DNA of 34,824 nucleotides from a virus (taxonomy: Duplodnaviria; Caudoviricetes), in IMG/VR virus record IMGVR_UViG_3300048589_001426, positions 1 to 34,824 of that record. The stretch is one strand, 5' to 3'. The position numbers and the translations under genes were made by a program. The notes beneath the pieces were generated by a model. It saw nothing but the letters and a program-made list of their open reading frames with translations. It was not told the origin of the DNA and did no database searches. Below, piece after piece: positions 6,241 through 13,829 of this stretch. Every line of letters starts with the position of its first letter. Position 1 is the stretch's first letter.

Positions 6241-9200
6241 TTAGTGGGCATTGGAGAAGGCGCAGCGAAAGCCCACGGAGCTGCTGACGTCCGACGGCCC
6301 ATAGTACAGAGTGGCGGCGAACACGCCGGCGATCGGGCCATAGTACCAGAGGCCGCCGCGGAGCAGGGCATTGCCACTTGCGCTGCATCCATAATACTGA
6401 CCGGCCCCGTTTGAGGAGGTCAGAGAGCCGCTTGGGCCAGCGACTAGTTTCTCCCAGTCGGTGACGTTGGCGTTGTTCCACTCGACCCATCCGGTGGTGT
6501 ACCAGCTCGTCGTATCGCATTGCGCATCCGTCCACTCCCAGACGTTGCCGGCCATGTCCCAGATGACATTGCCGTTGCTGAGGACGTGGGTGCGCATTTG
6601 CGACTTGTTGGCACCACCAGCCGAGTAGGCTGTGCTGTAGCCGTTGCTGGTACCGTAGTAGCCGTAGTCGGTGCTGTTGTTGGCGTAGGTGCCGGGGCCA
6701 CGCAGGGCGCAGGAGTTGTTGCTGGCATCGGAGAGTGCAAGGGTCAGCGTGCAGCTCGCAAGCGAGGGGTCCGCCACCGCGGCCAAGGCGCTAGCCGGAG
6801 AGTTGTCGGAGTGGCCGGTGGCAAGCTGGATGCCGGCTGCAGAGTCGATGTCGTTGATGGCGGTTGCCTCGATGTTGCGAGCGATGGTCATCCACTCGCC
6901 TTCGTTGACAAGGTGGCCGCCGACCCGCTTGCAGGCGCTTTGAGCCTCATACCAGGAGACGTTGACCCAGGGGGTGCCCGTGGCGGTCGAGACGGCCTGG
7001 CCGGTGGCGCCATCCTTCTTAGCCTCGTACTTCATGACGCAGAAGCTTGCGTTGGTGAAGCTCGCATTGCCCGGCACCAGGATATAGCCCGTGGGGCAGG
7101 TGAGACTGGCTGCCGGCAAATTGGTGAGCTGCGAGCCGTCGACGGCCGGAAGCCGGGCACTACCGTCGAGCTGGACGACTTTGTTGGCGGTGGTGCCGAC
7201 ATCGAGTGTCGCGCTGGTGCCAAGGCCGAGGCTGGTGCGCGCGGTCGCGGCGACCAGGCCGGTGGCACCGCCGTCCCATTTCATGCGGTCCGTGTAGGCG
7301 GTGTCCCAGTTGGCGGAGTTATCGGTCACGACGCTGTAGGTCCCCGCACCGGTGCGGGCCATCAGGCCGTTTGAGCCGAAGTCGCCGTTCATCACGGCAC
7401 CGGCGCTGTCGACCGTCGCTGTCGTGACGACGCTCGTGAGCTGCGAGCCGTCGACGGCGGGCAGCTTGGCAGTGCCGTCGAGTTGCACGACCTTGTTGGC
7501 AGTGGTGCCGACGTCCAACGTGGCGGCCGTGCCGAGGCCTAGGCTGGTGCGGGCCGTCGCAGCGACAAGGCCGGTAGAGCCGCCGTCCCACTGCAGACGC
7601 TCACTGTAGGCTGTATTCCAGTTGCTGGTGCTGAGAGCAAGCCACGACGTCGTGCTGCCGTCGGTCGTGAGCACCTTGCCGGAGTTGCCCGTCTGTGCGG
7701 GCAGAAGATTCGTCAGAGCTCCATCGGCCGTCGTCGCGCCGGTGCCGCCCTTGGCTACGGCCACGGCCGCACTGAGGTTGGCGGGGCTGAGGCTGGTAAG
7801 GGCCGAGCCGTCGACGGCTGGCAGCTTGCCCGTGCCATCGAGCTGCACCAGTTGATTGGCGGCGGTGCCGGCATCGAGCGTAGCCGATGTGCCGAGGCCG
7901 AGGCTCGTTCGGCCGGTGGCGGCGACGAGGCCGGCAGAGCCGCCGTCCCACTTCAGGCGGTCGGTGTGCGCCGTGTCCCAGTTGGCCGCGTTGAGAGCAC
8001 TCCACGAGGCCGCCGTGCCGTCGGTCGAGAGAACCTTGCCGGAGTTGCCGGTCTGGGCGGGTAGCAGGTTGGTGAGTGCCGCGCTGGCGGTGGCGGCCCC
8101 GGTGCCGCCGCGGGAGATCGAAAGCTGCGCCTCGGAGCTCATCACGCCGCTGCCGTCGTTGACGAGCACGTGGGAAGCCGTGCCGGAAGCCAGCTTGGCG
8201 CGGGCGATACCCGCGCCTGTTTTGATCTCCGAGTCGTCGATGCCCGTGATCGTGTTGTCGTCGGCGCTGATCGTCTTGTTGGTCAGGGTGTCTCCCGAGC
8301 TGGCGGTGGTTGCTGTCACCCAAGACAAGGCGCCCGAGCCATTTGTGCTGAGCAGCTGGCCGGCCGTGCCGTCTGCGGCTGGCAGAGTCCAGATCTGATT
8401 GCTTGCGACCGCGTCGGGCGCCTTGAGGCCGACGTAGTTGCTCTCGAGCCCGTCACGCTCGGTAAAGCGCAGCTCGCCGGTTTGTCCCGCGCCGCTGCCA
8501 TAGCCGCCGAGCGTCACGGCGGCCTGCAGGTCCGTGGTGAGCGAGCCGACCGGCAGGACGGTGGCGGCCGTGATGGTCGACTGCTTGGCGTTGAGCTGGG
8601 CTTGCGGGTCTGAGGTCAGGCCCGCCAAATAGTTGAAGTGCGTGTTGTCGACTGCTCCCGTGCCGATCTTGCCGGCATCGATGTTGGCCGAGGCGCTGAT
8701 GTCGGCGTTTGCGATGGTGCCGTCGGCTATGGTGGTCGACGTGACGTCGCCAGCGTTCAGGCCGCCGCTGGCAATGTCGTTCATGAGCTTGAAGCTGCCG
8801 GTGGCGTTGTCCCACTTGACGACCTTCTGGTCATTGCTGGCATCGAGCGCATCCGTGAAGGCCTTGCCGCGGATCTTGGTGACCACTGTGGCATTCTGCG
8901 TGCCGCTGACGTCACCGCTCAGCGTGCCGGAGAAGCTCTGTGCTTGTTTGATGGCGGTGATGTCACCCCCTGCGTCGACTTCGACGAAGGCGCCGGTCGC
9001 TTTGATCACGCCGGGCGTATTGGCCGCGGCGGCCGGAAGAGTGGCCTTGAGGCGGCCGTTGTCGTCAAACGTCACGGTGCTGCCGTCGACCGGCACCCGG
9101 GCTGCCAGCGGTACGACAGTAAAGCGCTGCCGGGGATAGGTGCGCGCGTTGGTCTGGTCGGTGATCTCGATATAGGCGGTCGTTTCGGCCGAGGGGAAAA

Positions 9201-9483
9201 TCGTCGTGTAGTCGTCGACCGGCAGATCGAGAGTAAGCTGGAAAACTCCGTCCTGAAGGGTCTCGGAGGGGGCGACGACCGGCTCGCCGAGCAGCGGATT
9301 GCCGCCGGTCTCGCTTCGGAAGAAATTCACGGCAAGATCGACCGGCCCCGACAACGGTGCACCGGTCGCATCAGTCAGGCGTCCGCCGTAGGACAACGGG
9401 AACGGGCCTGCGCTAGCAGCCAGCGGCGCCAGGGCGAGCCACAGCCCGGTCAGAGCCGAGGAGAGTTGGTGGTGCTTGGGCAT
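6241..9483 (-). CDS. DGR target: secreted fibre/adhesin-like protein with a C-terminal CLec (FGE-sulfatase-like) variable domain
   Basis: Signal peptide ending ASA-G, then LSYGGRLTDATGAPL. The stalk is G/T/A/S-rich with long repeats. The C-terminal domain has CPTGYILVPG, FCVMKYEAK, PWVNVSWYEAQSAC, DMAGNVWEW and RGG.W...GFRC. Confidence 0.9.
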   Translation of the reverse strand: MPKHHQLSSALTGLWLALAPLAASAGPFPLSYGGRLTDATGAPLSGPVDLAVNFFRSETGGNPLLGEPVVAPSETLQDGVFQLTLDLPVDDYTTIFPSAETTAYIEITDQTNARTYPRQRFTVVPLAARVPVDGSTVTFDDNGRLKATLPAAAANTPGVIKATGAFVEVDAGGDITAIKQAQSFSGTLSGDVSGTQNATVVTKIRGKAFTDALDASNDQKVVKWDNATGSFKLMNDIASGGLNAGDVTSTTIADGTIANADISASANIDAGKIGTGAVDNTHFNYLAGLTSDPQAQLNAKQSTITAATVLPVGSLTTDLQAAVTLGGYGSGAGQTGELRFTERDGLESNYVGLKAPDAVASNQIWTLPAADGTAGQLLSTNGSGALSWVTATTASSGDTLTNKTISADDNTITGIDDSEIKTGAGIARAKLASGTASHVLVNDGSGVMSSEAQLSISRGGTGAATASAALTNLLPAQTGNSGKVLSTDGTAASWSALNAANWDTAHTDRLKWDGGSAGLVAATGRTSLGLGTSATLDAGTAANQLVQLDGTGKLPAVDGSALTSLSPANLSAAVAVAKGGTGATTADGALTNLLPAQTGNSGKVLTTDGSTTSWLALSTSNWNTAYSERLQWDGGSTGLVAATARTSLGLGTAATLDVGTTANKVVQLDGTAKLPAVDGSQLTSVVTTATVDSAGAVMNGDFGSNGLMARTGAGTYSVVTDNSANWDTAYTDRMKWDGGATGLVAATARTSLGLGTSATLDVGTTANKVVQLDGSARLPAVDGSQLTNLPAASLTCPTGYILVPGNASFTNASFCVMKYEAKKDGATGQAVSTATGTPWVNVSWYEAQSACKRVGGHLVNEGEWMTIARNIEATAINDIDSAAGIQLATGHSDNSPASALAAVADPSLASCTLTLALSDASNNSCALRGPGTYANNSTDYGYYGTSNGYSTAYSAGGANKSQMRTHVLSNGNVIWDMAGNVWEWTDAQCDTTSWYTTGWVEWNNANVTDWEKLVAGPSGSLTSSNGAGQYYGCSASGNALLRGGLWYYGPIAGVFAATLYYGPSDVSSSVGFRCAFSNAH
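6257..6370 (-). repeat. DGR variable repeat (VR) at the 3' end of the target gene
   Basis: Encodes ALLRGGLWYYGPIAGVFAATLYYGPSDVSSSVGFRCA. 101 of 114 bases are identical to the TR. Confidence 0.97.
7125..8110 (-). repeat. Three imperfect intragenic repeats in the fibre stalk
   Basis: The unit NW(D/N)TA...WDGG..GLVAAT.RTSLGLGT.ATLD.GT.AN..VQLDG...LPAVDGS occurs three times. The anchor GCCGTCGACGGC lies at 7135, 7447 and 7807 (spacing 312 and 360 bp). Confidence 0.85.
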
Positions 9484-9532
9484 TCGGGCAACTCCGAGCA
9501 GGCACGGATTCCTCTAGGCGGCTTGTAGGAGG

Positions 9533-9560
9533 AGGTCGGACTTTTGCCTCAAAGTCTTTA
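9533..9560 (-). promoter_or_regulatory. Sigma28-like promoter upstream of the DGR target gene
   Basis: Minus strand TAAA(G)-N16-TCCGACCT, with the same spacing as the site at 2828. Confidence 0.4.
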
Positions 9561-9649
9561 GGGAAAGTGAGAATCTGGCTCAACAGCTCGACTTTTATGG
9601 AGGGAGTAGAGGGGCTTGGGATGACGTCGGATAGGGCGGCTAGAGTTTG

Positions 9650-9677
9650 TACTTTATGACAAATTTTTCATATAGTA
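9650..9677. promoter_or_regulatory. 28-bp imperfect palindrome, a putative operator of the XRE antitoxin
   Basis: TACTTTATGACAAA|TTTTTCATATAGTA, with 12 of 14 positions pairing. It overlaps TATA(G)-N16-TCCGATAA at 9671-9698. Confidence 0.55.
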
Positions 9678-9698
9678 AAATCAAAGGAGATCCGATAA

Positions 9699-9794
9699 GA
9701 GAAGGACGGGGCCATCCTGCTCGTCGGTGATGACAAGGGATCGCAAGCATCCGACATCGAAACTGCTCAAAAACGGCTGCAGGACAAGGAGTAG
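9699..9794 (+). pseudogene. 3' remnant of a HigB/RelE-like addiction-module toxin
   Basis: Reads EKDGAILLVGDDKGSQASDIETAQKRLQDKE*, matching the LL-x-GGDK-x-x-Q-x-x-DI-x-x-A toxin C-terminus. It follows an in-frame TAA, has no start codon and ends 3 bp before the HTH gene. Confidence 0.65.
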
Positions 9795-9797
9795 GCT

Positions 9798-10148
9798 GTG
9801 GCTCGCTTTACCAAAGAGCGACTTGAACAATTCCAGGACGTCGACGAGCTGCTGAATGCGCGCCTGACGCCAGAGGAGCGAGCGGAAAGCAGGCTCGAAG
9901 CTTTGCAAGAGCTTGCCGATTTGAAGGCGATGCAGGAAGAGCTGAGCAAGACTGTGGTTGAGTTCATGGCGACTGAAAAAATCGGGGTCCCCATGCTCAC
10001 CTCGAGACTTGGAACAAGTACTCGGCAGGCTTATAAGATCGTCAATGCGGAGGCGAATCTCACGCTAGCCAGTCTTGTGGAGCTGGGGCGTGTGTTAGGC
10101 AGGCGTCCCCGGATTGTTTGGGATCGGCGCGAGGATGAACAAGAGTAA
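9798..10148 (+). CDS. XRE-family HTH protein (HigA-like antitoxin)
   Basis: LTSRLGTSTRQAYKIVNAEANLTLASLVELGRVLG. RBS AAGGAG upstream of the GTG start. Confidence 0.75.
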   Translation: MARFTKERLEQFQDVDELLNARLTPEERAESRLEALQELADLKAMQEELSKTVVEFMATEKIGVPMLTSRLGTSTRQAYKIVNAEANLTLASLVELGRVLGRRPRIVWDRREDEQE

Positions 10149-10227
10149 GCAAGCGGCTCCCTGCGTCCGACCCCCGTCTTTCTCTGCAAAAAGACGCCGC
10201 ACCCAGCTGGTTAGATTGCGACAAAGA

Positions 10228-10518
10228 CTAACGATTTGACGACCGCTGCGCTGCTGTCGATGACCTTCGGTTTTCCGCGTTTTCTTGCCGTCTGCTGCCT
10301 GGCTGCTGCCTACGCGCTCGGGCGGTTCGACCGCTTGAGCCGCTTGCTTTGAGCAGCGGCGCGAGTTGGCTCAATGCTAGCACTTCGATCCCAAGCACCT
10401 GGCCGTTCTTGTCAAGGTCGAACAAGATGCCCGGGCGCAGCTCGACCGTGGATGCGACCTTGCCGGTGCGGAGCTTGATGTATGCGACGTCTAGCTTGGC
10501 GTCTTTCGTCACCTTCAC
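10228..10518 (-). CDS. DUF2283-family protein (putative antitoxin)
   Basis: DVAYIKL...TVEL...ILFDLDKNGQVLGIEVL is the DUF2283 signature. Confidence 0.8.
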   Translation of the reverse strand: MKVTKDAKLDVAYIKLRTGKVASTVELRPGILFDLDKNGQVLGIEVLALSQLAPLLKASGSSGRTARARRQQPGSRRQENAENRRSSTAAQRSSNR

Positions 10519-10733
10519 GGGCTCAGTCCTTCCAGTAAGCTGCGACGCACCTCAGTGCGCGAGCTGCGACGCTCCTTGAGGCGGAGTGCAGCGTGCGGGG
10601 AGACTTCAAGAGGTGCTGGAGTCATTGCCTAAAAACTCCACCAGCAAGAAATGGGGAAGCGCGCTCTGCGTCGGCAGAACGTCTACGGCGAGCGCACCTG
10701 TGTGCCGACCTTTGGCTAAGCACCCCTTTGTCT

Positions 10734-11294
10734 TTAAAGAGCGAGGCGGTTGAAGAGGTCATTGCTTTCGATCCGCTGTGGCAGATGGACGGTCTGATCA
10801 GGGTCGAGATGATCAGCGATACGTGCCAGCTCATTCAGATCGAGCCCTAGACGGCGGGCATAGATCACCCGGAGACGAAACTGCCGGTCGATGCTGAGAT
10901 GGCGGGTCGCGTTGTTGACTGATTCAAACTTGTTGTATTCCTTGACGTCCATGTTGAGGGCACTGGCGGTTTCTTGCTGGGTCATGCCGGCAACGATGCG
11001 AAGAAACCTCAGTTGCCGCTTGTCGAGAGCGTGCGCATCGTTGATGAGCTGTGTGGCAATGCCGAGCCTGAGATTCTGCTCGAGCCCTGGGTAGAAATAG
11101 AGCGCCTCACAGGTGTCGCACTCGACAAAGGGCGCTTTCACCAGGAGGACCATGCCGAGCCCTTCGATGGTGTGGGGGATGTTTTCTCGGGTCGTGACCT
11201 TCCACTTGCCTTTGCAGTCACACGTGGCGTGGGCGTCTTCGAACTCATCCTGGAGACGGCGTTGGTCTAGGCGCTGCAGGTTACCAAAAGTCAT
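10734..11294 (-). CDS. MqsA/YgiT-like zinc-finger plus XRE HTH antitoxin
   Basis: CDC...ECDTCE cysteine pairs followed by LRFLRIVAGMTQQETASALNM. Confidence 0.75.
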   Translation of the reverse strand: MTFGNLQRLDQRRLQDEFEDAHATCDCKGKWKVTTRENIPHTIEGLGMVLLVKAPFVECDTCEALYFYPGLEQNLRLGIATQLINDAHALDKRQLRFLRIVAGMTQQETASALNMDVKEYNKFESVNNATRHLSIDRQFRLRVIYARRLGLDLNELARIADHLDPDQTVHLPQRIESNDLFNRLAL

Positions 11295-11730
11295 ATGTCA
11301 CCTCCGGAAGCAGATCGGGATTTATGATTTCCCGCCATGGTCGATAGGCGGTGACGACGATGTGCTTTCTTGCTCCTTGGCGGACAACAACTCTCACGAC
11401 CACGAGCGGCTCAATATGGTCGACTGCTTTATCGCCCCCTGTCGTGTCGAGCTCGGTCCAGGGGAAGTCTCTAAATTTTCCCTCGAGGGCAATCTCAGGC
11501 AGGGTGCCGTTCATGCGTGACTGGTCTTCGTTGAGTTGACCGGTGGCGATGACGGCTGCGATTTGCTCGTCGCCGAGGTTGAGTCGGATCATGTTGGGAT
11601 CCTTCTCGGCGCTCTTCACAAGATGGTTTCGCCTGACGAGAAAGCTGTCGTGAAAACTCTTCTCCGTGTGACAGCGGGGCTTGAGAGCTTCGTGGAAGTC
11701 TTTGAGCCTTCTCTTGGTGAAGTCACTCAT
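11281..11730 (-). CDS. DUF4258-like putative toxin
   Basis: Lies upstream of and overlaps the MqsA-like gene. C-terminus PLVVVRVV...HIVVTAYRP. ATG at 11730 is preferred. Confidence 0.5.
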   Translation of the reverse strand: MSDFTKRRLKDFHEALKPRCHTEKSFHDSFLVRRNHLVKSAEKDPNMIRLNLGDEQIAAVIATGQLNEDQSRMNGTLPEIALEGKFRDFPWTELDTTGGDKAVDHIEPLVVVRVVVRQGARKHIVVTAYRPWREIINPDLLPEVTYDFW

Positions 11731-11774
11731 GCAGCTGATCGTTCCTCTCTTCACGCAAGCCTTCCGTATTATAC

Positions 11775-11790
11775 TCACACTAATGTGTGA
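11775..11790. promoter_or_regulatory. Palindromic operator candidate
   Basis: TCACAC-TAAT-GTGTGA in AT-rich DNA upstream of the 11730 start. Confidence 0.4.
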
Positions 11791-11969
11791 AGTACACACC
11801 TTATCGTCAGAATAACGAGTAACTTAACCGCGTATATATATGCCTGAATTAACAGATATTTTTAGGCTATCGGGGCATGGCTTCTGATGTTCGCCATCGC
11901 CAGCTCGGCCGCCCAGCCTGGCAGCCAGACCGATCCCTCCGAAGAAGCGTCTCGAGCAGGGCGTTGGTA

Positions 11970-12503
11970 TCAGCGGCGCTCTCTGGGGAGGCCTCCCCGC
12001 ATGTCGTCGATCACCTCGTCGACGGATTGGCCGGGATCGAGGGGCTCGACCTTTCCCGCCCACTCGGCGAGGCGGTCGTTCTTTGCGGCCTCGATCTCCT
12101 CTGCGAGCGTGTACTTGTCGCCGAGCTGGGCTGTTTCGCGCTCTCTGGCGCGTCTTAGACGGATGTACTCGGTGACGGCCATCTTGATGAAGCTCTGGTA
12201 GCCGATGTTGAGGCGCCTTGCCTCTTCCTTGGCGTTGGCAAGCAGCGACTCTGGCCACTTCATGTAGACGGCCACCAGGGGCTCGTCGCTTTTGGGCCGG
12301 CCGCCGCCGTGACGCTTGGCGAGGTTTTCTTTCACCTGTCGGTCGATCTCGTGGATCTCAGAGCGCTCGTCGCCTTGGGGGGCCACCCAATCGGCTTGTC
12401 GATGGGCTCGAAAGTCCTCCTCAAGGGTTTGGGCCTCACTGAGGTCCGCTTTTTTCTGGTTAACGTCGTTTACCATCATCTCTCCAGCGGGCTCTATAGG
12501 CAC
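11970..12503 (-). CDS. CopG/BrnA-like ribbon-helix-helix protein (putative orphan antitoxin)
   Basis: GGRPKSDEPLVAVYMKWPESLLANAKEEARRLNIGYQSFIKMAV. Confidence 0.6.
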   Translation of the reverse strand: MPIEPAGEMMVNDVNQKKADLSEAQTLEEDFRAHRQADWVAPQGDERSEIHEIDRQVKENLAKRHGGGRPKSDEPLVAVYMKWPESLLANAKEEARRLNIGYQSFIKMAVTEYIRLRRARERETAQLGDKYTLAEEIEAAKNDRLAEWAGKVEPLDPGQSVDEVIDDMRGGLPRERR

Positions 12504-12563
12504 CGACGCTGACTTGTTTGGGTGGTAGCTGCGTAGCGCCGTCGGCCCCTCTTGGGGGAGGGG

Positions 12564-12908
12564 TTAGTCGTCGGCGTTGTAGGTTGGCAGTCGATTGCTT
12601 GGGTAGACGCGCAGATTGGCTCTCCGGTTGTCGATGACGTGGATCAGGTAGAGGCGCGTTGCCTCAGGCGCCTGCGTGCATTTGAAAAATATGCGGTAGT
12701 GGCCTTTTCCAAAGGGCCAGCTTTGATCTCCCGTGACGGGGTGGACTCCCGGCTTGGTCGGATTGGTCTTGATAAACTCCAGCACCGCCTCCAGCTCGTC
12801 GGCAAACCAGAAGAGCGCGGCGCCGTCTTTGTCTTGCTTATCGAGAAAGTCGAGGATCTCTTCCAGGTCGCTCAGGTAGCTTGGCAGCTCGACGAGCTGA
12901 GTTTTCAC
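12564..12908 (-). CDS. ParE/RelE-family toxin
   Basis: DLEEILDFL...LEFIKTNP...HYRIFF...LYLIHVIDNRR. GTGA overlap with the antitoxin stop. Confidence 0.75.
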   Translation of the reverse strand: MKTQLVELPSYLSDLEEILDFLDKQDKDGAALFWFADELEAVLEFIKTNPTKPGVHPVTGDQSWPFGKGHYRIFFKCTQAPEATRLYLIHVIDNRRANLRVYPSNRLPTYNADD

Positions 12909-13183
12909 GTGGCGGCGTCCTTCTTTGCCCGCGCACGGGCGCGAAGGCGCTCGGCGACCTCGCCGGGCTCGACGGCGCTGCCTTGTCCTTCGAGCGCCTG
13001 CGACATACCGAGCAGCCGGCGTTGCAGGGAGAGGATTTCGTTTTGCATGGAAGCGTAGAGGTCTTCACGCATGAGGATGAAGGCTTCACCGGAGCGACGG
13101 TTGATGCGGATGGGCTCTGTGGCGGCGAGGTCGAGATAGTCTTTCAGCTCGGCTCTGAGCTTTCGGGCGTTGGTTGTTTCCAT
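12905..13183 (-). CDS. Phd/YefM-family antitoxin
   Basis: METTNARKLRAELKDYLDLAATEPIRINRRSGEAFILMREDLY. RBS GGAGG upstream. Confidence 0.85.
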   Translation of the reverse strand: METTNARKLRAELKDYLDLAATEPIRINRRSGEAFILMREDLYASMQNEILSLQRRLLGMSQALEGQGSAVEPGEVAERLRARARAKKDAAT

Positions 13184-13232
13184 GGGTCGGGCACCTCCGG
13201 GGGGCATTTCTTTGCTCTTTGAAGGCTAGCAT

Positions 13233-13302
13233 ATTGTGTACCCAATTGCGTACCTTATTGAGTACACAGATGATGCTTCGGCTATCTCTCGACTGGCACT
13301 GA
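13233..13302 (-). promoter_or_regulatory. Phd/YefM-type operator and sigma28-like promoter
   Basis: ATTGnGTAC occurs three times at an exact 12-bp period (13233, 13245, 13257). The minus strand has TCAG-N16-GCCGAAGC at 13302-13275. Confidence 0.6.
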
Positions 13303-13499
13303 GCATTTCAAAAATTCGCGAGCCTTCGTGGCTGCTTGGGGCTGTGGTTAAGGGGTGGTTGGCGGTGAGAGGAGCGGGCCGCACTTTGTATATACTTGAG
13401 CTCAAGCAAGCTTCTACAAGCAAAGGTATATACGGAACCATCCTTCTTCCCAGCACCGGCCGTAAGTCCGCAAATTTTTTCATTCTCTAGGGAGGTGGC

Positions 13500-13541
13500 G
13501 CGGCGCCGCCGGCACCGCAAAAGGGGGGTGGGAAAGGACCC
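13500..13541 (-). other. Lambda-like cosQ-cosN packaging site candidate
   Basis: Minus strand GGGTCCTTTCC, then CGGCGGCGCCGC 23 nt after GGGTCCT. Lambda, as recalled, has GGGTCCT-N23-GGGCGGCGACCT. Confidence 0.6.
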
Positions 13542-13829
13542 ATTTGCATGCTTTCTGTGCATTGTATCGGAAGCTGTTGCTGCTTTGGTGAAAGCCGTAA
13601 ACCTGCCGCTTTTTGTCTGCTATCTTAGAGTCATAGGTTCATTTACCGACAGAATGCATGGCCGTGCGCGAGGGCTCCTTGTGGCTCAAGGGTTTTGCGT
13701 CTCATCTTCGGTGCCGTCCCGGCCCTTCGGAGTAACCCTGTCTTACCTCCTACTTCTCACGACGAAGAAAGGGGTGGGGCTTGGGCGCTATTTATTCGCA
13801 AAAGCGTGCTGGGGAAGGAGCAGAGTCGG

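Noticed and set aside
6108-6535. Alternative-frame ORFs 6108-6392 and 6113-6535 overlapping the VR
   Set aside because: They are off-frame shadows of the target gene running through the hairpin and repeats, with no protein-like features.
10538-10577. Direct repeat AGCTGCGACGC(A/T)CCT x2 upstream of the DUF2283 gene
   Set aside because: Only two short copies in GC-rich DNA, with no supportable function.
13695-13829. N-terminal 45 codons of the 575-aa ORF call
   Set aside because: The TTG start has no RBS, whereas GTG 13830 has AAGGAG and coincides with the start of the domain.
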